From a candidate division WOR-3 bacterium (lineage in GTDB: Bacteria; Hydrothermota; Hydrothermia; LBFQ01), in the NCBI GenBank assembly GCA_015490465.1, contig WFXS01000013.1, positions 1-53,926 of the forward strand: DNA of 53,926 nucleotides. The letters run 5' to 3'. Below the pieces are notes generated by a model. The model worked only from the letters and a program-made list of their open reading frames with translations. It ran no database searches and was not told the origin of the DNA. How positions within the stretch are numbered: the stretch's first letter is position 1; each line of letters begins with the position of its first letter. Shown here piece after piece: positions 28,183-38,385 of the stretch. The position numbers and the translations under genes were made by a program.

Positions 28183-29709
28183 TCACTCCACCTCAACCCT
28201 CGGATAAATCCTATTCCCCTTTACCAGAAACACGTTTCCGAGCCTCCTCCTGAGGTACCTCACAGTTGAAGTGGAAAGGCTGGCGTTCTCAGTCAGGAGG
28301 GCAACGGCGTCCCTGTAGTTCCTCTCATCCCTGAACTTGACGGTACGTCCGTCAATCCATACCTCCTTCCTACTGTGGTAGAACTTTACCCTGTGGGGCA
28401 GGGAGAACCTGAGGACGTTTATAACGTCCCTGAAACCGTAAAGACGGGAGAACCTGTACGGATACACCGCGGCCATAAAGTTGAGGTGTAGGAGCAGACC
28501 GTATTCCTTTGCCGTTGAGACGGCCTCCTCAAGCCTTCCCCTTATCCACAATCTGGCCACGTTCTCCCGGGGGTTGTCCTTGAGGTTCCCAACCTTATCC
28601 GTGAGGACCGCTCTTGCTATCCTCCCGTACATGGTGTCGGTCGGTTGTTCCGATATATCTATCAGATAACTCCGGGGATCCTCACCCCTGTAAGCGGCGA
28701 ACGTACACCGGGCCACCAGATAGGCCTGCAGGAATATACCCTCCCGGAACTCCGCCGGATAGGTCTCCTCAAACTCAGCGTCCGAAACGGGCATCCCGAG
28801 ACACATCCTGAGCATCACCTTGAAGTGCCTTATCCAGAACCTCTCTATGTCGTTATCAACCTCGGGGTTGTGGCGGAGTAGTTCTGCCCTGAGCAGGGAG
28901 GACAGAACTATCGCCTTGTGGACTTCCTTTCCGTTGTATTCAAGTCTGGTCCTCCGTAGCACCCTGTGCGCATCTATCATGTATCCGAGGTTTATCAGGG
29001 CGTTGACCAGAGCCTTTACCCTGACCCTCTCAAGGTACGGGTTACCGAACCTTCTCTTACTAACCGCCCTCACCAGCCTCCTAACCACCCCCATATTCCC
29101 GGCGTTGGGGGCGGACAACGACAGTATTCCGAGGGCGTTTACGAGTATCACCGGGTTCAGACTCCCGAAATCGTAGGGGTTTATCTCCTCTTCGTACACC
29201 TTAACGACCTCCTCGTGCCTCCCCATAAGCATAAGTACGTTCATCTTTAGGAGGGAGGACAGCGGGACGTAGAGTAGCTTCCCCTCCCGTAAAGCAACGT
29301 GCCTTATGTCTTCGGCCATCTCAAGGGCATCGCTCAGTGACACCTTTCCCATCTTTAAACCCAACAGCGCACGGTTCAACCTGTGTTTCAGGGGTAAGGC
29401 CTCATAGGGAAGGTCAAAGAACCTGTTCAAACGTTCGGCGTCAGAAGGCACAGGCAAAAGCTTAAACAGCTCACGGGCGTACCTCCACGAGGGAGTACCC
29501 GCAGCCTCAACGCACCTGTCAAAGAGTAGGTTGCTCTTTTTGGAAGGTTTGCCGAAGAAGAACTCCCTGAATATCCTGCTCACGTATCCCTTTGATACTC
29601 CGCTCGCCAGAGCTATATCGGAGACGACGTAGTTATAACTTCCCTCTATGCTCCTTATTACCCGCAAGCATTTTCCCTTTTTTCTGTAAAGTCCACGAAG
29701 TATCTCCAT
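28183..29709 (-). CDS. Putative transcriptional regulator (N-terminal HTH plus long helical region)
   Basis: VSDIALASGVSKGYVSRIF HTH pattern; TPR-like helices; C-terminal 'KEVWIDGRTVKF' wHTH-like strands. Confidence 0.55.
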   Translation of the reverse strand: MEILRGLYRKKGKCLRVIRSIEGSYNYVVSDIALASGVSKGYVSRIFREFFFGKPSKKSNLLFDRCVEAAGTPSWRYARELFKLLPVPSDAERLNRFFDLPYEALPLKHRLNRALLGLKMGKVSLSDALEMAEDIRHVALREGKLLYVPLSSLLKMNVLMLMGRHEEVVKVYEEEINPYDFGSLNPVILVNALGILSLSAPNAGNMGVVRRLVRAVSKRRFGNPYLERVRVKALVNALINLGYMIDAHRVLRRTRLEYNGKEVHKAIVLSSLLRAELLRHNPEVDNDIERFWIRHFKVMLRMCLGMPVSDAEFEETYPAEFREGIFLQAYLVARCTFAAYRGEDPRSYLIDISEQPTDTMYGRIARAVLTDKVGNLKDNPRENVARLWIRGRLEEAVSTAKEYGLLLHLNFMAAVYPYRFSRLYGFRDVINVLRFSLPHRVKFYHSRKEVWIDGRTVKFRDERNYRDAVALLTENASLSTSTVRYLRRRLGNVFLVKGNRIYPRVEVE

Positions 29710-29739
29710 AAATTGGGGACATTATAACGGTGTAAGGTA

Positions 29740-31509
29740 CTACATCTTTATAAACTTGCGCACATTACACCCACATACTCCGAAGTACACCCCCCTACCC
29801 CTCACGCGCTCCACCCTCCTGCCGTCAGGTGTGTATATCCTCTCCGTTTCCGTACACGTCCCGTTCATTCCTTCGTCTCCGGATTCGTAAAGGCCCACGG
29901 GTATATCGCCACCGGTCGCCTCCCTCCACCTCGCCGCAAGGTACTGGAAGAACTGATCCGCGAAGTGCCTGCTGTAAATTATCACAACCACTTCATCGCT
30001 CCGGGTAAAGCCGTTGTAACTCCAGTTGGCCGAACCGAACTCCACGGCCGAGAGGTCCCTTATGGCGAACTTATCGTGAAAGGTATAACCGTTGAGGTAA
30101 TGGGTGACGTAGGTAGGAGGCCCCCACGTGCGCATGGTCTGGCTCTCGGAATAGGAGCTGTTCCAGTCGGAGTAATCAAAGAGTCCGACGACCGTACGAC
30201 CGCTATTATGCAGGGTGCGATAGGCATCCCTCACGCCGTCGTGGGTGAAGACGTTTATTCCAAAGTGTATCTGGGTTGACGTGGAGAGGATGAAACGGGT
30301 AAAGGCCTGCTCGGCCGTATCCGCAGGTGGGAACCACACGCCTATACTCTCGGCGGGAAAGTAGTTGTCCGTGTTGTGGGTCTTCTGGGTCCCGAACTTC
30401 GCTGCGGAGGGGTTGGGAGTATCTCCCGTACTCCCCCACATCTCGTTAAACTCCGCCAGAAACTGACGGGCGACGTTGGGTATCCGTATGGCTGTCAGGT
30501 TGTTCACCTGAAGGGTATCCGCGTAAACCGTGAAGTTGTACGAACCCACCAGTACGACGTCGTTCGTCGTATCGCCGTCCCGCGTATCTATTGAGACCAC
30601 CTTCATGTGCATGTAGCCGTAGTCCGAGCGGGTGTCGTCGGAGAGTACGGGTATACCGGCCGATCTGAGCTGGTTGATGTAGGAGTTGTCGTTGGAGGAC
30701 TCGTAAATTACCCTCACCTTCACCCCGCGGTTGTGGGCGTCTATCAGGGCGTCGGTTATGGTCTGGGATGTCAGGTTGTATATGGAGACGTCCACGCTGT
30801 ACCTCGCCTTATCTATGAAACGGGCGACGATAAAGCGGAGGGTGTCGTTCCCGTAGTTCTTCACCACCCGCGATACGGTGGTGTCCGTGGATTTGTTGAA
30901 AAACGGCGTGTAGTACCTGAGGGCTACGGGCGTTATATCCCCATCGTCCCGTGGGACGAGGCGGTAGTTGTCGTTGTACTGATCCACCACACCGGTAATG
31001 TAAACCGTATCGCCAACGAAGGGGAAATAAGATAGTGTCTCCCTGTTTAAAGCGTAAACGTCTGCTCCGTTCCACGTAAGCACGTACTCCCCTCTCCTGT
31101 TTACCCACGCGTCCTTTACCCATCCCTCAAGCCTTACGAGGACCCCCTCAAGGCTCTCGGCCACCTCCGGTATAACCACGGGTATCGGCGGTACGGGTGA
31201 GCCGCTTCCGAGAACACTGACGGAGGAGAGGACGATCTCCGTCATGTTCCTGTACTCCTGAACCGTACCGGAGACCTCAACGCTGTCCCAGAGGTTTACG
31301 GAGGGCATGGATATGCCGGCGTACACGAATATACCGGACCACGCTCCCACGCTGTCCTGAATGTAGAAGCCCCTCAGATCAGGTAGCACCGCCGTAACGA
31401 CTCCCCTTAAGGTGACGCTGCTTCCCACGTATGGGGAATCCCCGGATGGGTCCGTAGTAAACTGAACGTCCCGTATGGTAAGAGCAGTAAGTACGACGAA
31501 CACCTTCAT
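29740..31509 (-). CDS. Secreted phospholipase D/nuclease with N-terminal OB-fold module and T9SS-like CTD
   Basis: Two HKD motifs (HMKVVSID + GSYN; HDKFAIRD + GSANWS); OB-fold 'SPYVG..VTLRGVVTA...FYIQD'; CTD IYTPDGRRV...GVYF. True start may be GTG 31503. Confidence 0.85.
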   Translation of the reverse strand: MKVFVVLTALTIRDVQFTTDPSGDSPYVGSSVTLRGVVTAVLPDLRGFYIQDSVGAWSGIFVYAGISMPSVNLWDSVEVSGTVQEYRNMTEIVLSSVSVLGSGSPVPPIPVVIPEVAESLEGVLVRLEGWVKDAWVNRRGEYVLTWNGADVYALNRETLSYFPFVGDTVYITGVVDQYNDNYRLVPRDDGDITPVALRYYTPFFNKSTDTTVSRVVKNYGNDTLRFIVARFIDKARYSVDVSIYNLTSQTITDALIDAHNRGVKVRVIYESSNDNSYINQLRSAGIPVLSDDTRSDYGYMHMKVVSIDTRDGDTTNDVVLVGSYNFTVYADTLQVNNLTAIRIPNVARQFLAEFNEMWGSTGDTPNPSAAKFGTQKTHNTDNYFPAESIGVWFPPADTAEQAFTRFILSTSTQIHFGINVFTHDGVRDAYRTLHNSGRTVVGLFDYSDWNSSYSESQTMRTWGPPTYVTHYLNGYTFHDKFAIRDLSAVEFGSANWSYNGFTRSDEVVVIIYSRHFADQFFQYLAARWREATGGDIPVGLYESGDEGMNGTCTETERIYTPDGRRVERVRGRGVYFGVCGCNVRKFIKM

Positions 31510-31553
31510 ATTCTACCGTTGAACTTCACGATGATAGCAGGTAGAGAGTCCTG

Positions 31554-31575
31554 AGTTTAAGTTTAACCTTAAACT
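31554..31575. promoter_or_regulatory. 22-bp near-perfect palindrome (operator candidate)
   Basis: AGTTTAAG-TTTAAC-CTTAAACT, in the divergent PLD / M1 peptidase intergenic region. Confidence 0.4.
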
Positions 31576-31842
31576 GTCCAGATGTACGATTGCTGGTGTT
31601 AATGTCCTTAAAGTTAAGAATTGGATAACTAAAGTGATACACCGAGAGCGTTCAATGAATAGAGGGACTATGGGGATATTAGAAGATTTCCCAGTTCCAT
31701 GATGAACCGTGTAACGCGTAAGAGAAAGAAGGTAGGAGGGCATAGATCTGCATTCCGGTACACTTTCAAAAGACTGGCATTAACTTCGTATTCTGACCCG
31801 TACCGTGGTAGTACCCTAAGACTTCCACCGTAAAATACTCCT

Positions 31843-33744
31843 ATGTTGGTTTTCCTTACGTCCTTCGCCGTGGAAGACCTCTGGCAACCGGAGGAGCCTT
31901 TCTATCTGAAGGAACATAAACGCTCTTTCCGTTCTTACGGATACGGCCTCTACGACTGGCCGGACGTTGAAATCCCACCCTACGACGTACGGAAGTACAC
32001 GATCAGGATGGACCTATGGGGCGGATACGTCCACCTGGCCCACACTACGGTTAAGATCGTGGGCAGAAGTACGGTTGACACCGTACGGCTTTACTTCGGA
32101 TGGGACCCCGTGGACAGCGTAAAGTACAACGGATCTTCCGTACCTTTCTCAACCGTGGGTACGGATTCGGCCCGGAGGCTGGTTATTCCCCTTCCCTCCC
32201 CCCTCTACCCCGGAGATACGGGGTACGTGGACGTCTTCTACCACGGTACACCCCCGACGTCCGGATGCACGAGCTTCGGCGGTGGGTTATCCATACGGTC
32301 ATCCTCGTGGGTGTACGCGGACAACGAGCCTTACGGTCTCAGGTGCTGGGTACCTTCCTACGACCAGCCCTACGAAAAGGCGGACGAAGGAGTGGAATTC
32401 TACATCACCACGGACACCAGCCTTGAGGTCGTGGCCAACGGTGTACTTCAGGATACCACGACGACCGGTAGCCTGAGGACGTGGCACTACGCCCACGGTC
32501 ATCCCATAACCCCTTACCTGATAACCTTCGCCATCAGGGATCTCGTTTACAACGAGTGGACGTGGACGTACGGTTCCATTACCATGCCCGTGAGGGCGTG
32601 GTTGATAGCCTCGGACCCCGATTACTCGTGGGGAAGCAGCCTCACGGAGATGCTCACGGCCTTTTCCATAAGGTACGGCATTTATCCCTTTGCCGACGAG
32701 AAGTACGAACAGAGCGTCGTCCTTCCCGGAGGGTGGGCGATGGAGGACCAGACCAACTCCTTCTTCGGAGGATACTACGCCGGATGGGTGGAGGCCCACG
32801 AGTTGGCCCACCAGTGGTGGGGGAACGATGTGACGTGCGGCACCTTCAAGGACATATGGCTTAACGAGGGGTTCGCCACGTACAACGAAATAATCTGGCA
32901 GGAGCATACGGGGGGCTGGAGCGCTTACAGAAGCTATTACGACAGGCGGGCGGATTCGGCCATATTCACCTACGCCTCCAACCCCGGCCAACCCGTCTAC
33001 AACCCCGGCCCGGACATAAGAGACGCCTTTTCGGTCTACACGTACAACAAGGGTGCGGCCGTATTGCACATGCTCCGCTATATCCTTGACAAGGACACCT
33101 CCCTTTTCTTCGGCGCTCTCAGGTACTACAGGAGCAGACACAGTGGTTCCTACGCCCTCACCAGCGACTTCGTAAACGACGTCCAGACCTTCACGGGCAG
33201 AGACCTGACGTGGTTCTTTGACCAGTGGGTATATCAACCGGGATGGCCTGTGTACGACGTACGATGGAATAGGTTTGATGACGGTGGAAGCTGGAGATTG
33301 CTCCTCCGGGTAGAACAGGTACAACCTGCCGGTGCGCCCACCTTCAAAATGCCCATAGAGGTTAAGGTATTTACGCCGTCGGGAGATACCACGGTCGTCA
33401 TATGGGACAGTCTTGACGTCCAGCACTTCTGGATAACGCTCAGCGACAGGCCCGACAGCCTTCACTGGGACCCGGAGAACTGGGTACTGGAGCAGCATAC
33501 TCTAACCTACGACCCAGCCCTTAACCTGAGCGAGAAACCGGAGGTGGCCGTAAGGGACGTGGTGGTAAGGGTGAAAGGCAGGGATGTGGTGGTTTACGGT
33601 GTGAACGGGCGGTTTCCGGTATCCGTTTACTCCTCATCGGGTCGTCTTATATCTCGTGGCGATGGAAAGGTGAACGTTACCCTATCCCCCGGTGTATACT
33701 ACGCCGTCAGTAAAGACAGGGTGAAGGCCTTCGTCGTGAAATGA
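31843..33744 (+). CDS. Secreted M1-family aminopeptidase with T9SS-like CTD
   Basis: WAMED (GAMEN-like), HELAHQWWG...WLNEGFATY, YNKGA; CTD VYSSSGRLI...PGVYY. Confidence 0.92.
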   Translation: MLVFLTSFAVEDLWQPEEPFYLKEHKRSFRSYGYGLYDWPDVEIPPYDVRKYTIRMDLWGGYVHLAHTTVKIVGRSTVDTVRLYFGWDPVDSVKYNGSSVPFSTVGTDSARRLVIPLPSPLYPGDTGYVDVFYHGTPPTSGCTSFGGGLSIRSSSWVYADNEPYGLRCWVPSYDQPYEKADEGVEFYITTDTSLEVVANGVLQDTTTTGSLRTWHYAHGHPITPYLITFAIRDLVYNEWTWTYGSITMPVRAWLIASDPDYSWGSSLTEMLTAFSIRYGIYPFADEKYEQSVVLPGGWAMEDQTNSFFGGYYAGWVEAHELAHQWWGNDVTCGTFKDIWLNEGFATYNEIIWQEHTGGWSAYRSYYDRRADSAIFTYASNPGQPVYNPGPDIRDAFSVYTYNKGAAVLHMLRYILDKDTSLFFGALRYYRSRHSGSYALTSDFVNDVQTFTGRDLTWFFDQWVYQPGWPVYDVRWNRFDDGGSWRLLLRVEQVQPAGAPTFKMPIEVKVFTPSGDTTVVIWDSLDVQHFWITLSDRPDSLHWDPENWVLEQHTLTYDPALNLSEKPEVAVRDVVVRVKGRDVVVYGVNGRFPVSVYSSSGRLISRGDGKVNVTLSPGVYYAVSKDRVKAFVVK

Positions 33745-33750
33745 TCGTGC

Positions 33751-34665
33751 ATGCCTGAGAGGGTTCTGGGGGGTTTTCTGGGCCACGCTATCGGGGACGT
33801 TCTGGGTTTTCCCTATGAAGGAATCCCGAGGAGGGTCCTGAAGGTCAGGCCTATAACGGACGTGCCGGATAGGGTTATGCCGTCAGACGACACGGCCCTC
33901 GTCCTGTGTACGGCCCAGAACCTGTGTGAAAGGGGGATTGACCCCGAGGACCTCGCCCGCCGACTGGTCGGATGGCTGGAGAAGGGGGAGTGTACCCCCA
34001 ACGGGAAGGCCGTGGGTGTAGGGAGGACCACTTACGAGGCCGTAAAACGGATAGCATCCGGCATACCGCCCCTCATGGCCGGTGGCAGGGGGGAGAGGGA
34101 CAACGGGAACGGCTCCCTCATGAGGATGCTTCCCCTGATATTCTACCTGTACGGCAGGCCAGAGACGGAGGTTAAGGAGGTCGTCCGGGCGTACTCCTCT
34201 ATCACGCACGCCCACATGCGAAGCGTAATAGCATGCCACACGTACGTCCTGTTCGGTATGTACCTCTACGGAGGGAGTACACCCCATGAGGCTTACGGTA
34301 AGGTGGCAGAAAAAATACGTGCCTTCTACAGGGGGGAGGAGGAACTGAGGCACTTCTCCCGCATACTTGACGGTTCGCTACCGGACCTCAGGGAAAAAGA
34401 CGTGCGGTCGGGCGGTTACGTCGTCCACACCCTTGAAGCCTCCCTCTGGGTCCTTATACGAGGGGGAAGCTTCCGGGATATGGTCCTGCGGGCCGTAAAC
34501 CTCGGAGGGGATACGGATACGGTGGGAGCGATCGTGGGAGGACTCGCCGGCATATACCACACCGTTCGCGGTATACCGAAAGAGTGGATAAACAGGCTAC
34601 CCATGAGGGAGGAGCTGGAGAGGGTAGCCGTATGCCTTGCAGAGAGATCGGCAACGGGACGGTAG
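33751..34665 (+). CDS. ADP-ribosylglycohydrolase (DraG/ARH family)
   Basis: AIGDVLGFPYE, SDDT, NGNGSLMR, SITHAH, AVNLGGDTDTVGAIVG. Confidence 0.93.
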   Translation: MPERVLGGFLGHAIGDVLGFPYEGIPRRVLKVRPITDVPDRVMPSDDTALVLCTAQNLCERGIDPEDLARRLVGWLEKGECTPNGKAVGVGRTTYEAVKRIASGIPPLMAGGRGERDNGNGSLMRMLPLIFYLYGRPETEVKEVVRAYSSITHAHMRSVIACHTYVLFGMYLYGGSTPHEAYGKVAEKIRAFYRGEEELRHFSRILDGSLPDLREKDVRSGGYVVHTLEASLWVLIRGGSFRDMVLRAVNLGGDTDTVGAIVGGLAGIYHTVRGIPKEWINRLPMREELERVAVCLAERSATGR

Positions 34666-34698
34666 GGTACGGTTATCGTCCGTAAAATTATCGGGGGA

Positions 34699-35271
34699 AT
34701 GCGCAGGTTTGCGGTTATCGTAGTGTTGCTTACCCTCCCATCCTGTACAGAGCGGAAGTACACGGAGAGGTTGTTGCCGGGTCGGCTCTACGTTGAGGTG
34801 CAGGACACGAGTATTACGTCTCTCACGTTGATTAGGGACGGGAAAACGGTTTACGAGGGGAACGTGAGGACCTTCTACAGGACATCCTACTACGCGGGAA
34901 GCAGGTACGGGAACCTGAAGGTGTACCTGCCCACCGGGTACGGGTGCGCCCGTGCCGACGTGGAGTTGTCGTCCACGGGGTGCGGTGTGGTGGTCGTTCC
35001 GGATACCCCCTCCACCTCCGGTGGATGTCCCGACTGCGACTCCATGGAGACCCGGAGAACCACGATAATAGACGTCCTCACGTGGGAAAGACCCGTGGCC
35101 GTCAAGATGGGGGATAGGTGTCTACCCGTTTACGCGACGGGCAGGGTGAGGGCGTTTTACGTGGACAGCCTCCTGCCGGGCAGGTACCTGTTAGTGGTGG
35201 GTGGGGATACGGATACGGTCTTCGTTTCTTCCGAGAAGTGTACTAAAGTAAACGCGGGAGGTAACCCATGA
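34699..35271 (+). CDS. Hypothetical Cys-rich lipoprotein
   Basis: Signal peptide with lipobox LPSC; CPDC motif. Confidence 0.65.
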   Translation: MRRFAVIVVLLTLPSCTERKYTERLLPGRLYVEVQDTSITSLTLIRDGKTVYEGNVRTFYRTSYYAGSRYGNLKVYLPTGYGCARADVELSSTGCGVVVVPDTPSTSGGCPDCDSMETRRTTIIDVLTWERPVAVKMGDRCLPVYATGRVRAFYVDSLLPGRYLLVVGGDTDTVFVSSEKCTKVNAGGNP

Positions 35272-35798
35272 GCCTGATCTGGGGGATATGGCTCGGTTTC
35301 GGATTGAGCGGAGGGGAAACAAAGGAACCTGTACCGCGGGGAAGTATTACCTTCGGTGCCGATCTTCACGCCGGCCTTATGCTGGCCCGAACGTTCACGT
35401 TTCAGTTCTCCCTTTACCCCAACGTACAGAGTGCGGGGACGTGCGTGGACAGCTGGGTAAGGGGTAAGGCATCCCTGCTCCTCGGAAACCACGAGTTTGG
35501 ATTGATCGCTTCTCCCCTGTGCGTTTTGAACAGCGGCAGGTACACGGTGTACAGGGACGGTTATACCGAGAAGTACGAGTACAGGACTGGCGCCTACACC
35601 TACGGTGTGGGCGGATTCTACAACATCCGGCTCACCTTTGTAAAGAGCGTCAGGGTCTACGTGGGAATAGACTTCCTCTATCCCGTAAAACCGGTGACCG
35701 TCCCGTTAAAAACCGGTGAGAGTAAGGCCCCCCACGTCTCCTACCCGACCGTGGGCGTACACGTGGGATGGCTGTGGGGAAAGAGGATCAGGCTTTAA
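35268..35798 (+). CDS. Small putative beta-barrel protein
   Basis: ATGA overlap with the upstream gene, SD GGAGGT; amphipathic strands ending TVGVHVGWLW. Confidence 0.55.
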   Translation: MSLIWGIWLGFGLSGGETKEPVPRGSITFGADLHAGLMLARTFTFQFSLYPNVQSAGTCVDSWVRGKASLLLGNHEFGLIASPLCVLNSGRYTVYRDGYTEKYEYRTGAYTYGVGGFYNIRLTFVKSVRVYVGIDFLYPVKPVTVPLKTGESKAPHVSYPTVGVHVGWLWGKRIRL

Positions 35799-36957
35799 GC
35801 CTCTTAGCAGCCTCCTCCCGCAGCACCTTCGCCCACTCCTCGTCCTCGTCCCTCAGGAAGTTCCCGAACCGCAGGGCCATGTACATATCGGAGGGTACGA
35901 AACGCAGGTCCGACGCCCGTGAAAGGTTTTCCAATGCCCGACGCTTCGGAGCCTTGCTTTCGGGAAAGAGCAGGTGGGCATACTTGTTGAGCAACTCCTT
36001 ATCTCCGATCTTCACGAAGGCCACGCAGAGAACGTGTTTCTGGGGAACTTTAAGGGTCTCCATGCCCTTCATCACACGCAGGCGTCCGGCAAAGGTTATG
36101 TACACCCGGTCCTTCTTTATCTTGTCAAGGTACCACCACATGTTGTACAGGGAACGTAATCCCTCAACCGGACGGAATACCCCCTCGTTCCGCACCACGT
36201 ACCTGAGGTAGTCGTACATGACCCTCAGCATGGGGAAGGTCTCCGGTATATCCAGTTCGGGGACGTAGCCCTCCACCAATCCGGCGTATATTGAAGCCAC
36301 CGTGTACCCCATGCGATCCCCGAGGTTCTGGGAAACGTACCGGGCTACCTCTATATCCGACACTTGCATCTGGAACGCCCCCCGGAGTATCATGGAGTTC
36401 AGGGCTATACCCATCGCTCCCTGCTTCAGGCTCATAGAAAGGACCTCGTTCAGGTAGACAAGGGCGCGGTTTATTTCCCCTCCCACGAGATACCTCTTGC
36501 CGTTGAAGAACAGGAAGAAGAGCCTCTCAAGGGGTGGTATGTCCTCCGGAGGGACGAAGTCGCGCCCTTCAAGCAGGCTTATGGTAGCCCTCCTTGTGGG
36601 TTGGCCCATGTCGTACTTCTTCGCTTCCTCCGTGTATCCCAGCGTTGTCAGGATCCAGAAGGCCACGTGTTCGGGTATCTTTGGGATAAGGCTGAGGAGC
36701 TTATCGGTCTGTAAAGTGAGCATGTAGTATATGCCCAGTACCTCCGCGAAGCTATCCGGGAACTCTCCGTAGGTCTCCTTCCATCTCCTGAGTATCCGCT
36801 TCATCCCCCTCACGTCCCTGCCCGTGGAGAGTACCCTCAAAAGGTTAAGGACGTTTTTCTCGTTAAACTCCTCCCTCACTCTGGCGTACGCTATCCTCTT
36901 GGCCTTCTCCACCTGAGCGTTGGCCAGAAGGTCATCCACCGATACCTCAGTCCTCAT
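35788..36957 (-). CDS. Hypothetical helical (TPR-like) protein, possibly regulator-related
   Basis: 389 aa, mostly helical; C-terminal 'VYITFAGRLRVMKG' resembles the start of an AfsR/SARP-type wHTH; TATAAT 10 nt upstream. Confidence 0.55.
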   Translation of the reverse strand: MRTEVSVDDLLANAQVEKAKRIAYARVREEFNEKNVLNLLRVLSTGRDVRGMKRILRRWKETYGEFPDSFAEVLGIYYMLTLQTDKLLSLIPKIPEHVAFWILTTLGYTEEAKKYDMGQPTRRATISLLEGRDFVPPEDIPPLERLFFLFFNGKRYLVGGEINRALVYLNEVLSMSLKQGAMGIALNSMILRGAFQMQVSDIEVARYVSQNLGDRMGYTVASIYAGLVEGYVPELDIPETFPMLRVMYDYLRYVVRNEGVFRPVEGLRSLYNMWWYLDKIKKDRVYITFAGRLRVMKGMETLKVPQKHVLCVAFVKIGDKELLNKYAHLLFPESKAPKRRALENLSRASDLRFVPSDMYMALRFGNFLRDEDEEWAKVLREEAAKRLKA

Positions 36958-37026
36958 CTATAAGTGTATTATACGCGGGAGTCAAGTGCCGAAACCTACC
37001 GGTTTTAACACCCGTACAATTGGCAG

Positions 37027-38385
37027 TTGCTCAGGATAGCCCTCGCCTTTCTTCCGGAGATAAGAGAACTCCTTAAGAATCGGGAGTTCAAATCTTTGAA
37101 GTTGTTGCTTTCCGAATTACATCCGGCCGAAATTGAGGATATCATATCCGAACTTAAACCCTCCGAGGCCGTTTTACTTCTGAAATTACTTCCTCCGGAG
37201 AAGGCGGCAGAGGTGATATCCAACCTCCATACCCACAACATAGACAAGATAATCTCGGGATTCTCCGACAAGCAGCTCCTTGAGATAATTGAGGAGATGG
37301 ACGACGACGACCGCACCGCCCTCTTTGAAGAACTTCCTCCGGATCTTGTGCGGAAGATCCTCTCGCTCCTGCCTCCCGAGGAGAGGGAGGTGGCCCTCAC
37401 CCTCCTCAACTACCCCGAAGACTCGTGCGGCCGTCTCATGAACACGGAGTTCGTGGCCCTGAACCGGAACATACCGGTTAAAAAGGCTCTGGAGGAGTTG
37501 CGAAAGAGCGATTACCCGGACGAGGTCCTCCTGACTATATACGCCGTGGACGACGCCCACCGCCTCAGGGGGCAGGTGAAGTTGACCCGCCTAGTGAAGT
37601 CCGACGAGGACGTTCCCATAGGGAAGCTCGCGGAGAAGGTCCCCTTCGTGTCCGCTTACGACCCGGCCTGGAAGGCTGCCAGGATAATGGCCGATTACGA
37701 CCTCCTGGCCATACCCGTGGTGGACAACGCCAACCGCATGTTAGGTGTGATAACCATAGACGACGTGGTGGACGTGATAGTTGAGGAGAGTACGGAGGAC
37801 TTCTTGAAGTTCGCCGCTGTAAGCGATCCGGAGGACAACTACTTCCTCCTTCCCGTATGGGAGAGGGTGAAGAAGCGTCTGCCCTGGCTGGCGGGTCTGG
37901 CCCTTCTTGCGAACGTATCCTCCCTCATAATCGGCGCGTACTCCGACGTCCTGAAGGAAGCGGTTATACTCGCAGCCTTCATACCTATCCTGAACGGAAC
38001 GGCCGGTAATACGGGTTCCCAGTGTGCGAGTTTCGTCATACGGGCCCTCGCTACGGGAGAGATCACCCTGAACGTCAGGGAAGTTATGAAACTGTGGATG
38101 AAGGAGATGGTGGGGGTCCTGCTCGGTCTGGCCCTCCCCCTATCCCTCATAGCAGGGGGGAGCGCCTTCTTTCGTACCCGCGACCCGGTCATAACCGCCG
38201 TCGTCGCCCTCACCATGGTAGTGGCCGTCCTCGTGGCCAATACGATCGGTTTCTTCCTGCCCCTCATAGCAAAGAGGTTGGGTATAGACCCTGCCAGCAT
38301 ATCGGCGCCCCTGAACGCCACCCTCAACGATGCCCTCACCCTCACCCTCTACTTCACCATCTCAAGGGTCATTCTCCACCTGTAG
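37027..38385 (+). CDS. mgtE: Magnesium transporter MgtE
   Basis: MgtE_N and CBS pair (YPEDSCGRLM, GVITIDD), KRLPWL, AGNTGSQ, DPASISAP; TTG start. Confidence 0.95.
   Translation: MLRIALAFLPEIRELLKNREFKSLKLLLSELHPAEIEDIISELKPSEAVLLLKLLPPEKAAEVISNLHTHNIDKIISGFSDKQLLEIIEEMDDDDRTALFEELPPDLVRKILSLLPPEEREVALTLLNYPEDSCGRLMNTEFVALNRNIPVKKALEELRKSDYPDEVLLTIYAVDDAHRLRGQVKLTRLVKSDEDVPIGKLAEKVPFVSAYDPAWKAARIMADYDLLAIPVVDNANRMLGVITIDDVVDVIVEESTEDFLKFAAVSDPEDNYFLLPVWERVKKRLPWLAGLALLANVSSLIIGAYSDVLKEAVILAAFIPILNGTAGNTGSQCASFVIRALATGEITLNVREVMKLWMKEMVGVLLGLALPLSLIAGGSAFFRTRDPVITAVVALTMVVAVLVANTIGFFLPLIAKRLGIDPASISAPLNATLNDALTLTLYFTISRVILHL

Noticed and set aside
33751-34665. ADP-ribosylglycohydrolase as part of a toxin-antitoxin or defence system
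   Set aside because: No ADP-ribosyltransferase, sirtuin or toxin partner nearby.
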